Source: Blasia pusilla
Taxonomy: Eukaryota
DNA length: 64,000 nucleotides
Direction of reading: 5' to 3'
NCBI GenBank assembly: GCA_050084515.1
Contig: CM114271.1
Span: 24,862,001 to 24,926,000, forward strand
The notes under the pieces were generated by a model. It did not search any database. It worked only from the letters and a program-made list of their open reading frames with translations, and was not told where the DNA came from. The translations under genes were made by a program, and so were the position numbers. Below are positions 25,424-37,397 of the stretch, one piece after another (positions within the stretch are counted from its first letter, which is position 1; the number at the start of each line of letters is the position of its first letter).

Positions 25424-28164
25424 CCGGGGATCAATTGAAGTACTTCTGCCCAAATGAATCATGCACTTTCCAAAAGTCTTATCCGGCTACCATTGGAGCT
25501 CTAGGGAATACCCCAACAATTTGGCCCATTGCTACAACTACCAATTGCACTCAAGAGGAAGTGGACAATCTTACAAGTGTCGGATTCACACTCGTAGACG
25601 GAGGAAGTTCGGAACGTGTTTGCATTACAGAGATGTTTGCATTTTGGATCCAACCTAAGATTGATGTCAACATGTATCCAGAGAAGATGGATGATCTCAA
25701 TCCACTAATTATGTTCGAGTCAAAAAATGGGGTAAAGAGAAACAAAATTTGTAGACCAACAGTGGAAAGAGCAAAGCGAATTGCATAATCTCGGGAGGCA
25801 AATATGGAAATCATCGCCATAAAAGATGTTCATCGTGGCAATGGAATATGAAGGATGTATTGAGTCAAGAACAGCACTGTGAATTCAAGTGTCACAGGGG
25901 TGTATGTGGTATGGTACATATCTGTTGCTTTCCCACATGTTCCTGTGATGACTTTGTCCAAAGAGAGACAACTGGGAAAAGATATTTCCCTTGTAAGCAC
26001 ATGTACTATGTGTTGCTTGTAGTTTTAAGAGAGTCAGAGATAGGAGTAGGAATCCACCAACCAATTTTTTTCCCTCAAAGAAGTGTGAAGTATCTTAAAC
26101 AAACCACGTTGAAGATGGAAAATGAGGTCTTAGATTGTACTTTGAAGTGCCAGAATGTTCACGATGACCTTGAACTCTAATCAGCAAAGGAAAAATGATG
26201 AATTTTTTCAGACCTTGGATGGAAAATGTGATTTGTTCCACATTTTGATTCCAATGATTTTTCATGTTTTTTATTTTGTGCAAGTTGCAACCCGTCAGAT
26301 TGAGACGGTTTGCCAGAATGTGGAAGAGGAAAAACCAATCTGTGGGAGTGACTAAGCATAGAGAACAAATTGCAAAAATACTCACCAAAAATCTTCCTCT
26401 CTTCAACCCAACGGAAACTGTCTTCAAATCACACGAAACTCTCTTAAAATGTAGTTTCCTCTCTCCTCTCACCGCGCCTCGGGGAGGCCACCCTTACCTC
26501 AATGTGATCATTGTTAGAGATATGGGCACACACGTGAGAGATGTTTTGAGCTCCACCCCGATCTGTGCCTAGAGGGAGATTGAGGACCTCAAGGTGGCAG
26601 AGGACAAGGTGTAGGAGGACGAGGACGTGGTGGAGGCAGGACCCCACCACCTGCCAGAGTGAGTGCAGCACTTGCATCAGAGGCAACTTTGGCGAGGATT
26701 GCTCAGTTGGAGCAACGCCTTCAGGCTATGACGGCCCAACAAGCATCTTCATCGGGTGTAGGGGATGCGTCGAGGGATCAGCTAAGGCCTAGGATATGAT
26801 GGGAGATCTAGGAGTTATGGGATTTTTGTGCAACATTGCATAGGTGGATGCAGATGCAGTGGTTACAAGAGGTGCGATAAGAGCTTCTAAGCCGTGAGGA
26901 TCTGATGTGGATTGGATCTCCAAAGGGTGGAAGCTGGCAGGCAGGCTACACTTTCCTAATCTTTCACATTGTCAGAGGCTCTTCGGACCCCATCGATGGT
27001 CCCTAGACGGCCTTTGAGGAGTGTTGTTGTCGCAGATACCGATGTAGTTAGAGGAGCGGGTGAGGCGAGTATGTCTACCAAGCCCATGCAGCATTCGACA
27101 CGTCCTAGCACTGGCACGTTACAAGAGATGGCAACGACATTGTGTAGCGTCCCACTATTTATGGCCTGAGATTTGTTGACATGTGGAGATCGATCAGCTA
27201 AGGTCTTTTGGTTGGCAGCGATGCTATGTGAGAGCGATGAGTTTGGTTCTTCTAGTGTTGAGACTCGCACAACAGATGTGGCACAGGTAACCTTGGAGCA
27301 GGTGGTTGAGACAAGGATCACAGAGAGTTGGCATGCAGCAACGGCTAGAATGGCAGAGTTGCCAGCTAGACCATCGATGTAGCGTGCAACCGTCTCACCA
27401 AGAGTTGTTGTCCTGAACAACCGAGATGGAGTTTTCTACTTGGTTGGTCCATTTGGAGTCATGTATCAACCGCAAAGAGTGCTACTTGGTTCAAGATTAC
27501 AACCCCTTATGTTGGGGAAGGCATCATATGTAGCAATGGGTTGCGAAAGTGTGAGATCACTCCATGTCCAATTCCAGATTCAAGCTTCATTGGGAGGCAC
27601 ATCCCTGACACAGTTCATGACTCGCGATGAGATTGTAGTGAGGATTCGGCCCAATCATCCTACTGATAGTGCGATGGTGTGGACGTGATCGGTTGTGACA
27701 CCTGCCGAGTCTTATGATGTTTTGGTAGCGGCTATCGTATGGTATCCTCTAGGTTTCACACTTAACTTTTGGGAGGAGACAACTTCCTATTGACCAAGTT
27801 GGCAGTCAGGTGCCGGACGAGCCAATCAGCTACCCGTGCAGTATGCAGGGAGACTCGATGGGTTCACTTCGAGGGTCAACCACAACAATTTCTGCTTATT
27901 GTGGCATGTTATGTTGGCCTTGAGATTTACTGGAGGGGAACGCCGATGTAGAGGATAGTCATGAGGAGTGGCATGCGATGACGAGCGTGGCTACATCTTT
28001 TGGCGACACTTCTTCAGCTTTGTGGTGGGACGAGCATCCATTTGCAGAAGAGATCAGACAAGCTCAAGAGGCAGGCATGAAGCCGAGCCTATGCTCTAGA
28101 TCAAGACAAGATAGAGTTACCATATGCTCTAGGAGTGGAGACGTTAATACCCTTGGACACCACA

Positions 28165-28960
28165 CCGATTGTGTGGCAGTATCCCGAGGAGGATGTACTT
28201 ATACTAGATCTCTTTGGAGGGATTAGTACATCGTTGGTTGTAGTGTTGCAGGCCGGAGTACAAGTACAGTAGTACTTGTATGTTGAGAGAGATGAGACTG
28301 CATGAAGAGTCTCATTACATCATGTGTCGAGACTAGTCCAGCAATATCCTCAGTTATTGCTAGTGTCTACAGTCATGGGATACCATAGGTATTTTTGGCT
28401 GACATTTCATTGTTGGGGGCAACATATGTGGATAGGTTTGGTCCAATATACTTGGAGGTGGCAGGGTGGCCATGTTAGGGTCATTCTTTGGCGGGTTGGG
28501 GACTTGGCTTGCAGGACCCGAGGTCGACCATGTTTTGGGAGATGTTGCAAGTTCTTTGACACTTGCAAACTACCCAACAATGTTCTCTAGCTTACATTTT
28601 GGAGAACGTCCCATTGTTGTTAGTGTGGAGGACATTAGGATTTGATGTTGGATGCGGCAGTGTTGCTATGGGACATCTTTTACCATCAAAGTTCTTGGCG
28701 GGCTTTGATTAGAGCTTACAATGGAGTTGTTACTTATGATGATGTACCACCATTGGGTGTTCAAATCGTTAGTGAGTTTTCCGTCATCTCATGCTTTTTG
28801 TGGCATGATATGGGTTGAGCATGCAAGTTGGTGGAGCCCAACGGAGCAAGCGAGCTATGGGGTTCTCTGGTACAACGTGTGCCTATGATGGCGAGGCATC
28901 ACGAGACATCTATTGAGTTAGGCTATGGACCTAAAGTGTCTTACTTGGGTGTTCAATCTT
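28165..28960 (+). pseudogene. C5 cytosine DNA methyltransferase domain (DNMT3-like) within pol, copy B
   Basis: IVWQYPEEDVLILDLFGGIST; YLYVERDETA; VAGWPC*GHS (PC at 28470-28475); LQDPRSTMFWEM; AYILENVPLL; internal deletion; then VEPN..RAMGF and AMDLKCLTW. Confidence 0.88.
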
Positions 28961-29299
28961 GGTTGGCTTATTAGAGACGGATGCAAGAGGTATCTGTGAC
29001 ATTACGTCCACTTTTTCAGCGTAGCGTCTTTCAGGACGCGTGAGACATTGGCTCGGGGCACGATGGTGATGGAGAGGCATCCATGGACTTCATGGGATAT
29101 GTCACGAGAGCACATAGAGATGGGAGTTCATTTCGCTCATGCAAGACATAATGGAGTGCCAAGAGACTTGGTGTCTAAGTTGGGAGCGAATATTGCTGCT
29201 TCAGAGGTTGGTAGTTAGCAACCACCACCCTCCTCTTCTCCAGAGGTCACGAGAGAGACTTGGGAACCAGTCATTGGTCCTAGGTTGATAGGAGCGAGA

Positions 29300-32060
29300 G
29301 GAGATGAGTGTTGCAATTCTTGTGGAGATTCAAGGACTATTTTGCATATAGTGTGCACGACTTGGGTACGCTAAAGGGTCCAAGTATTTGGATCGAGTTG
29401 TATAGTGATACTCCTATCTTCCGATGACCCTACTGGTATTCCAACATGGAGCGAGCCTTGATTCAGAGTAGGAGTTGAGACTTGGCAGACGTTGGAGTGG
29501 TGGAGAGATCACTTGGGGAGTATGCTTCTGCCACAATTATGCCAACGATGAAGGATGCATGGCCACTAGATCGATAGGTGGATGTGTGGAGATTACCATC
29601 CTATCAATTGGCGTATGAAGGCCGATCGCTATGCTATGCCTACTCCCGAGGAGATCTTTGATGCGGTGGGGCATGCAAGGATCTTTAGTTGTTTGGATCT
29701 CCATGCTGGTTATCATCAGTTGCCCATCCAAGTGGAGAACAAGGAGAAGACAACATTTTGGGGGATAGATCCTTTCGGGAAGGATTGTTTGTACTAGTGG
29801 CGGTTCTTACCATTTGGTTTGAAGAACGCCCCTACGGGTTTTCAGCGAGTTATGGATAGGATTTTGGCTGGTTTGGATTATGCAAGATGTTACATCGATG
29901 ACATTATTGTCTTCAGTACCATGGTCGAGGAGGATTAGAGACATCTGGAGGAGGTGTTTCGATGATTGCAGTTACATGGGCTCAAGTTACATCTAGGCAA
30001 GTGCAAGTTCTTCCATGACCAGATCGAGTACCTTAGACACACCAATTATCCAGGGGGTATTGGAGTTGAGTAGACAAAGATGGAGGCCATAGCGCGCATT
30101 CCCCGCCCTACAGATGTGAGTCGAGTTCGAGCTTTCATGGGATTGGCAAACTACTACCGACGGTACGTGAAGGGCTTCAGTGCGATTGCAAAGGCACTGA
30201 CTTTGCTAACTAGGTTGGAGAAGGAGTGGTTTGGGGGAGATGATCAGGAGCAAGCATTTCAAAAGCTCAAGGATAGGTTGAGGTCCTCGCCCTTTTTGAG
30301 GAGACCTATGGGTGATCGTGCGTTATAGTTACATATGGGCTGGAGTATGTTGGGGTTAGGAGCGGTGCTCACTCAGAGAGATGATGGAGGGAAGGAGTTT
30401 GTAGTGGCATATGCAAGCCACTCAAACAACACTGCGGAGGCGAAGTATAGTTCCTATGAGGGGGAGTGCTTAGCTGCAGTGTGGGCAGTGGCCCATTTTA
30501 CATGTTATTTGTTCGGGAATCCTTTCACTGTCATCATTGATCATCAGCCCCTCAGATGGTTGATGGAGTCTGACAAGCTACAAGGAAGTTTGCCAGATGG
30601 TCACTCTTGTTGCAGGAGTATGATTTTCATGTTGTCCATCGCCCAAGACATTTGAACAAGGATGCGGACAGATTGAGCCGTAACCCATGAGCCACAGCGA
30701 TGCGACTTGAGTGTGGTGGCATGGTGAGAGTTATGAGGAGATGGTGGTGAGTTGGCATGCACATGCCAATTTGTGTCTATTGGCTGTGTCATGTCAGCAT
30801 GAGGCATCCACTCCATGAGGGAGGATGGATGCTAAGTCCTCAGATCCACATGCTAGTGAGGAGTCGACAGCGATTGGAGACATCCACCATAATGAGATGG
30901 TCTTGGAATACCTATGCATTGGTGTCTTAGCAAGCACGGTGGATGCTAGAGAGCAAGATCAAGTCCTACAACAAGCCAAGAGGTTCAGGTGGGAGGGGAC
31001 GCATGTGCTTCCAGTTTGGGAAGATGGACGAGTGCGGATGGTGCCACATCCTTTGCAACAAACACGAGTCGTGAGACATGCTCACAAGGAGTTAGGGCAT
31101 TTTGGAGTCAAGCGTACGTATAGCTTGATTCAAGTTCAGTATTGGTGGTGTGGTATGCAGACTAATGTTCAGCAGTTTGTAGAATTGTATGTGATAGGGT
31201 GTGGCCATCGTTCAATGCTCCCACACCACACTTGCATCCTTTACCGATCATGGGATAAGGATATCGCTCGAGTTTAGATTTTGCAGGGCCTTAACCATTG
31301 ACGGGATGCCGTAGTCCATACGTGTTGGTCATGGTGGAGTCCTTCTCCAAGTGGAATGAGTTGGTAGCGTTGCCGGATAGGTCAAGTGAGGGAGCGGTTT
31401 ATGCATTTCTTGATGAAGTGCTTAGTCATTCCGGCGCACCAGCAGAGGTGTTGAGAGACCAGGGTACTGAGTTTAGGGGTGACTTTCCGCCTTGTGTGAT
31501 CAAACACTGATAGATCATCATACGACTTCTCGAGATCATCTGAAGGCAGATGGTTTGGCAGAGAGAGTTGTGGAGACGATGAAGAGAGGACTACGCAAGT
31601 ATGGATTGCAGAGAGGACACTTGGGAGATTGGGACCTACAATTGGCGTGGTTGGCGATGGGTTATCGCTTCAGTTGGCACGCATCCTTAGCGTCATTTTC
31701 ATTGTATTTCTTGCTCTATGGGAGAGAGCTAGAGTTACTGGCGTTGATTCGACGAGATGTGGTTCAAGTGCTTGACTTCGACGATCCAAACGTACGGGTA
31801 TGACTGTCTTCTCAACGGGTGGAGAACGTGGCTATCGCTCAGCATTGCGATACTCTAAGGTACACGACTACAGATGGAGGAGGCTATCGACCTGGATTTT
31901 GCGATTCCATCCTGACGATTATATCTACCTACAGCAGACAACGCCGACGACATTGGACGTGATGGCGGGATGCACTATTCTGCGAGTGCAAAATTTTACC
32001 TTCATGAGTCCTTGTTTTAGAGGGTCGTGATGGTACCTTTTGGAAAGATCATGTGCGTAA
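29300..32060 (+). pseudogene. pol: Gypsy RT-RNase H-integrase region, copy B
   Basis: Gypsy domain order RT-RH-INT with the motifs listed above; many stops and frameshifts. Confidence 0.93.
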
Positions 32061-32135
32061 TTTGCACCATGTCATCTTCCAAACGTAGATGGGAGGATTG
32101 ATCCAAGCTTTGCAATTGTTCCTATAGGCTTGAGA

Positions 32136-32276
32136 TGCATGTTGTGTGGGTCTACCAAAGGTGCAGCCACGATGCTAGTTTGTGATGGGTGTTCTCGAGG
32201 ATGGCATATGTCGTGTTTGACGCCGACTCTTGACTTGGTTCCTTAGGGACGTTGGCTTTGTCCCATATATACTTAG
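32136..32276 (+). pseudogene. PHD finger at the C-terminus of the retrotransposon integrase
   Basis: CMLCGSTKGAATMLVCDGCSRGWHMSCLTPTLDLVP*GRWLCPIY fits C4-H-C3 with the PHD W-x-C signature; the last Cys is read as Tyr (TAT). Confidence 0.9.
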
Positions 32277-33629
32277 TTGTGATAGTTTGATACAAGATGC
32301 CTCTTGGTGTTATGGATTGCAGGAAGGTAACTAACGATGGAGCGACATAGCACCCGACCTCCTGATCTTAGCACCAAAAAGGTGCATAGCATTTAGACAT
32401 GTTTTGTAGGCTATCTGGAGTTAGAGGGACCTAACCACCAGCTAGGGGGGCGATTGGGTTTGTCCAGTTGTTCAAGTGTAGAGATGCTAGGATTCATAGC
32501 TAGATAGATCTTACACATGTGTGTTCATGACAGTCGATGTATGTTGGCAACGATGTGTATTCGCACGACAACTGTCATGGTAGATGAGGCGTAAGGCGAG
32601 ATAGTATCGAAGCCTTAGAGGGGTCTTGTACTTCCCTATTTTAAGAGGTCATATGTGACCTACTCTTAGGAGGTGACCTACGAGTGTAGGTCACCCTTCC
32701 CTTTATGAGGAGTGGCAATCTTGGAGAGGTTGACCTTCCCGGCCATGTATGGTTGGGAAAGTTCGAATAACATCCTATCTAATGTTTGAAAGTCTCTTCT
32801 TGAGGTATATTCTTATTACTTTGATTTTCTTATTTCATATTTTCTTCCTTTACGCAGACTTGGATTTAAAAGTGTTCTTTAGCATACCTCCTTTTTGTAT
32901 TTCCCCCAAAACGACCAATTTCTATAACAAAAACTAATCAAAGAAGTAACATGAGCATGATAACTTAGTGAGTTATATATCAAAAATTTAATTTCAAATG
33001 TACTTTAAGATGTACATTTGAATGGAATTTAACCATTGGGAAAATGGGCAGAGTGGTTTGCTAAATTAGGGATGAATTTCACTCACCAAACTCACCACCA
33101 TTGCCATACGAACAAACATATATACTAATTTTAGTTGTTAGACTATATTCAGTATTTATGGAGAGTAAACTAGATGAATTTCTGCCCCCTACCATGTCTT
33201 ATGTGAATGGGACTTTCCATCATGATTATATTGTGAATGTCACGCTTTTTGTAACAAGGATAGATTTGAATTCAAATTAAAACTATTATGTAATAGCTAT
33301 TGATAAAAGTGAAATCATATATAGACCTAAAAAGCAACCCTCCCAAGGATCTTCTAACTCAAGGTTAAGTTATCTAAACCATGGACTTTCGAATGGATAG
33401 AAGAATCAAATACCTAATGTTCCGTATCCTAATGTGAAGAACATTATAGCTCTATGGACAATATCTCCCCTCCAAATCAACAAGTCATAGCTAGGTTCAA
33501 GTATGGTCTCCTGCCCCGAGTTTTTTCCGAAGTCCTCCCTCTTATCTAACTCGCCTTTGACCATCCTTGAACTAACTCGAGGATAAATAGGGAATAGGAA
33601 TTTGACTAAGAAACATTGTTATAGTGCTA

Positions 33630-33890
33630 GAAGCATGGTTGCACCAAAACGGACATGGGTTCCAAGATGTGGGACCCACACTTTTAGTCCATGGTGGAAG
33701 GCAAGGCAAGGATGAGAGGAGCAATGAGGGAGGAGAGAGTGGAGGTGGAGGGAGGAAGAAATGGGGGAGTATGGAACACGATGGCAAGTAAGGGGAATGT
33801 GAAAGAAGGAAAAGGTGGGACCCATGCGGACAAGTCCTTCCATAGGACGGACATAAGTCCACGGACATGGACATGTCCACATGCAACCTT
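33630..33890 (-). repeat. Dispersed non-coding repeat family, copy 2
   Basis: Reverse complement of the 14485-14650 sequence (GGACATGGGTTCCAAGATGTGGGACCCACACTT...GTGGAGGTGGAGGGAGGAA). Confidence 0.8.
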
Positions 33891-35039
33891 GGCTAGAAGA
33901 CGAATAAAATTGGTAATAGGATTTTTCAAGTATGTGCTAGTATTTGGACATGATCAAAGTTAGCATACATCTAAAATAAGTATGAATAATAAATTTATAT
34001 GAAAATTCTAGCCATAAATAAATATTCTTGGAAAGAGGGGTTTCTACAAGTAGGAGCATAGTGATGGTGGGAACAATGCTAGAATATTCATAGATGAATG
34101 ATAATTGAAATGAGTTATTTAATTTCAGTCATACTGTTGTTCAACTATATATTTATTTAAGTAAATCATACATTTTGAGAACCATAGTAGGGATTGAGTT
34201 TCTTACTATAGATAAGAATGCATAAAAAAATCCATAAACCCAAAAATTTGGAAGTAAAGATAGAAGATGATATTTAAGAATCTAAAGATATTACAAACTA
34301 TGTCTTAAATCTTTCTTTGATGCCAACTAGTCTAGGTTTGAGTGATACATAAATGAGATTCTCTTATTAGTGGATCCTATACTTCCTTGGATATCTCTAT
34401 ATATCTAATCTTGATTATTGCCTATACTTGATGCATTTTAATAATGTAATGAATTATTTTAATTCCCTTGTCCTTTTTCTATGCTTTAAGAAAAAAAGCT
34501 CCTTTGGGCTTATGTTCATTATATTTGATCAAATCGACGTGAGAATTTGTGACCTAGAGAGAAAAAAATTTTAAAAAGGATTTTTCCCTTTTATAATTCC
34601 TCACTAATTCTTATTGAAATTGATTCCAAAATTATAGTAGAAACTTAAAATATCAATTTCTATGGTTTAAAAAATTAAAAGTAGAATTCTACTCTTACTC
34701 TACATCATTAATTATCCATTTTGACCTTTCATTCAATAACTCCACTCCCTTCTACCTTATTGCCCCACTTGCCTTTACCCTACCTTCCACCATGAACTTT
34801 AAGGGGCTGATCCCATGGACAAGCGCGGAGGTCATGGAGACCTATTTTCTGCGCCCAAAATGATTATCCAACTACACGAAAAAAGTCCAAATACGCAAAC
34901 TTTGTCCATCCTAGGGATGGAGTGTCCCTGTGGGGCCCAACCACCTGCATCTTGCATCCAAGCCTACCCTTGCATGCACCCCCCTTGGCCCACATCCCTC
35001 ACTCGACCCCAATCCACATCCAACATGCATCTTGCACAC

Positions 35040-35150
35040 GTCCGGCATAGTTGCACAAAAACGGACAACTAAAAAGTCTGTCCTTAGGACGGACATGGAT
35101 AGAAAAGTCTAGACATGGACTCCAAGAGGTGGGACCCACACTTAGGGCTT
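35040..35150 (-). repeat. Dispersed non-coding repeat family, copy 3 (partial)
   Basis: GTTGCACAAAAACGGAC...GACATGGACTCCAAGAGGTGGGACCCACACTT. Confidence 0.7.
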
Positions 35151-37397
35151 GATCCCATGCGTGCTGGATCGCGCAAAAATTATAATGTCGCCAATGTTTT
35201 GCCCAAAACTTTTCGGCGCACAATTGACCCAATGTCTTCACGATCTTGATTTAACGTAGGATCGAAAGTAATTAAGTCAGACTAGTTCTTTTTTCTCCAT
35301 AAAGAACATGTAAGTTGTAAACTTGCCCAAAATTTGGTACACTTCAAGTTTACATAGACACTAACATGGGTCTCAAGATGCACAGGCCATGCGCTCGACG
35401 AGGGGGGTGAGCCCATCCCTTGAAACTAAATGCTAGCCTTGGTGCCGAGCATCGGTAAACCTTTGGGTGCCAAACACTTGATGAGGTAGGGGGAGGTCAC
35501 GGAGGTGACTTAAGGGCATTGACGCCCATGCACTATCAAAGAGAAGGGGCATCGAGGTTATCAGTGCACCATCTGTACTCTAATGCACAACAACCCTCTC
35601 ATCAACAAAGCTTGAGGGCTTGACACTTGACCTTTGGGATGGCTTCCTACAATGACACCAATTGCATCTAATTAGTTTGTCCCATCAAGCTTATTTAGAG
35701 AAAAAGGGTGCAAGTTGTACTCGTCATTAACTTTCGTATGCCATGGGCACCAACTAGTATTTCTTACTTCAAAATTTATTTTTCTGTTCTTCAAAATGTT
35801 TAACATAAATGCAATGGTATCTCAAGTACCGTACTTGTTGTTTATGTGGCGTCCAATTCATTAGACCTTATAGTTGCATTGTTACTAGGGTGGTGCAAAA
35901 AGGAAATGGGTATTTGCTTTTCCCTACATGAAGAAGGTATAAGACATGATAGTTTCGTCAAGGAAAAGGATACGAAAATTTTCTTTTTTTCAAATAAGGG
36001 GGTTCTTGGTCTGATTTTCATGGTAAAAAATGCACCTACATTGCTATTTTTTATAGCTTCTTGCTTTTTAAAATATGGAAATGTAATGCAAGTTCTCGAT
36101 TTGTGGAGCATGCAAGAATCTTTGAACCGGAAAAAAATTCACTTGAAATTTCCATCATATTAAACACTACATTGGGAAAATTTTCATATCAATTTTTTTA
36201 ATTCCATCCTTTCAACCTAGTCTATTGGATGAGCAATATATTGCTAGTACATATTGAGGGCATTAATGATACATTTTTCACTTAAACATACTTCATGTAT
36301 TGTTAGTTGTAATGACATATGTAATGCATTGGGAACATGTCTAGTTTGGTACGAAAAACATCGAAAATATAAAATCTAGTAGGGAAAGCTTTGGGGATGG
36401 AAAATTGACAAGAAAAATTTTCATCATAGAAAATTAACAAAAGAATCGATCATAAGCAAATAAAAAAGAGATGACTTTTTTTTCCATCACTGGAAGGACA
36501 CAATTACACCCAAACATACAAGTCCCTTCCTATAATAGACAAGTAAGAAGTTAAGAATATGTCTATGTGGGAAATTTTTGAAAGTGGGCAACCAAAGTTG
36601 CTTATCTTGAGCAAGAAGGCATGGAGGAATACATGAGAAGTGGACAATGTGAGCAAGGGGACGGATTGGAAGGCAATAGAGGTGGCAAGGGAGGGATGGG
36701 CACACGTATGTGAAAAGGGGGAGGCTCAGTTGGCACAATTGAAGAGTAGGCTGGGGTAGGGGAGGGGCGAGCATATATAAGCAATAATGTTTTTGCATGG
36801 ACAAATATAAGTTTTTGTGTAACCTTATCGTAGAATGGATATGGATGACTTATGATATCTATCTTTGTAAGAATGCATATATGTGACACAAGCAATTTTT
36901 GAGAATGATAGAAATATTTCTATTTTTAGGGGAATTATGCACTATTTTATTTTAAAAATGTTAAAAAATATTATAGGCCTATATAAGGATAATAATACCT
37001 CATTTTTTACTATGAGTTTTAGTTTTTGAAAAATATTCTTTCTACACTAATTCAAAATATTTCCTTTTCTTAATTATAATATAGATGAAACTATTAAATG
37101 TTCCATTCATATGTTATCTTAATTTAGGAAGGGAATATTGTAAAAGGATTGAACCCTTGTAGTAGCATCGGAGGTTTGAGAAGAATGCATTAATGATGTA
37201 TTTGTCTTCTAGTGAAATATGTTAAGTTTTTAGCATGAGAGATGTATTTTATTTAAAAAATCTTTTGCAAAAAAATTAGTCTCATATTATTCTATAATGA
37301 ATTTATTTTCATAAAAGGCAAAAAAAACTTCCATGATAAAAATTTCTTCATTTAAAATAACCTTCCATAAGAATTCAATCAAAATTCTCTTTATATA

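Larger units (their letters stand above)
20711..26180 (+). pseudogene. MULE (MuDR-type) transposase with C-terminal SWIM zinc finger
   Basis: KGMDRNFDCHRW; AYVFRMSMTGPSNGLDLIDRM; GWLTMGAHVYD...IFVCEVKVED; YGFMADNA*SGWIAIREVF...AFHW; SWIM PTCSCDDF...FPCKHMYYVL (~25935-26015). Intron 22634-23357 (GTGAGT..TTTGCAG); interrupted by a solo LTR. Confidence 0.8.
15190..26320. mobile_element. Mutator-like (MULE) DNA transposon with two divergent genes, decayed; ends not resolved
   Basis: Plus-strand DDE transposase with SWIM finger, a minus-strand accessory gene, and a shared 29-bp palindrome found throughout the span and not seen elsewhere in the window. Confidence 0.7.
26490..32280 (+). mobile_element. 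Ty3/Gypsy-type retrotransposon copy B (knuckle-PR-DNMT-RT-RNaseH-INT-PHD), 5'-truncated and decayed
   Basis: Knuckle CDHC*RYGHTRERCFELHP (~26503); protease remnant PQRVLLGSRLQPLMLGK; DNMT; RT YIDD 29891-29902; RNase H LGAVLTQR..YSSYEGECLAAVWAV..IDHQPL; integrase HAHKELGHFG, LDFAGP, RDQGTEF, ADGLAERVVETMK; PHD finger. Confidence 0.92.

Noticed and set aside
14690-26480. Terminal inverted repeats and 9-bp TSD of the MULE
   Set aside because: None found by eye; the right end appears replaced by the truncated Gypsy copy B.
32280-32760. 3' LTR of Gypsy copy B
   Set aside because: Only weak resemblance to the putative copy A LTR; no definable PPT or termini.
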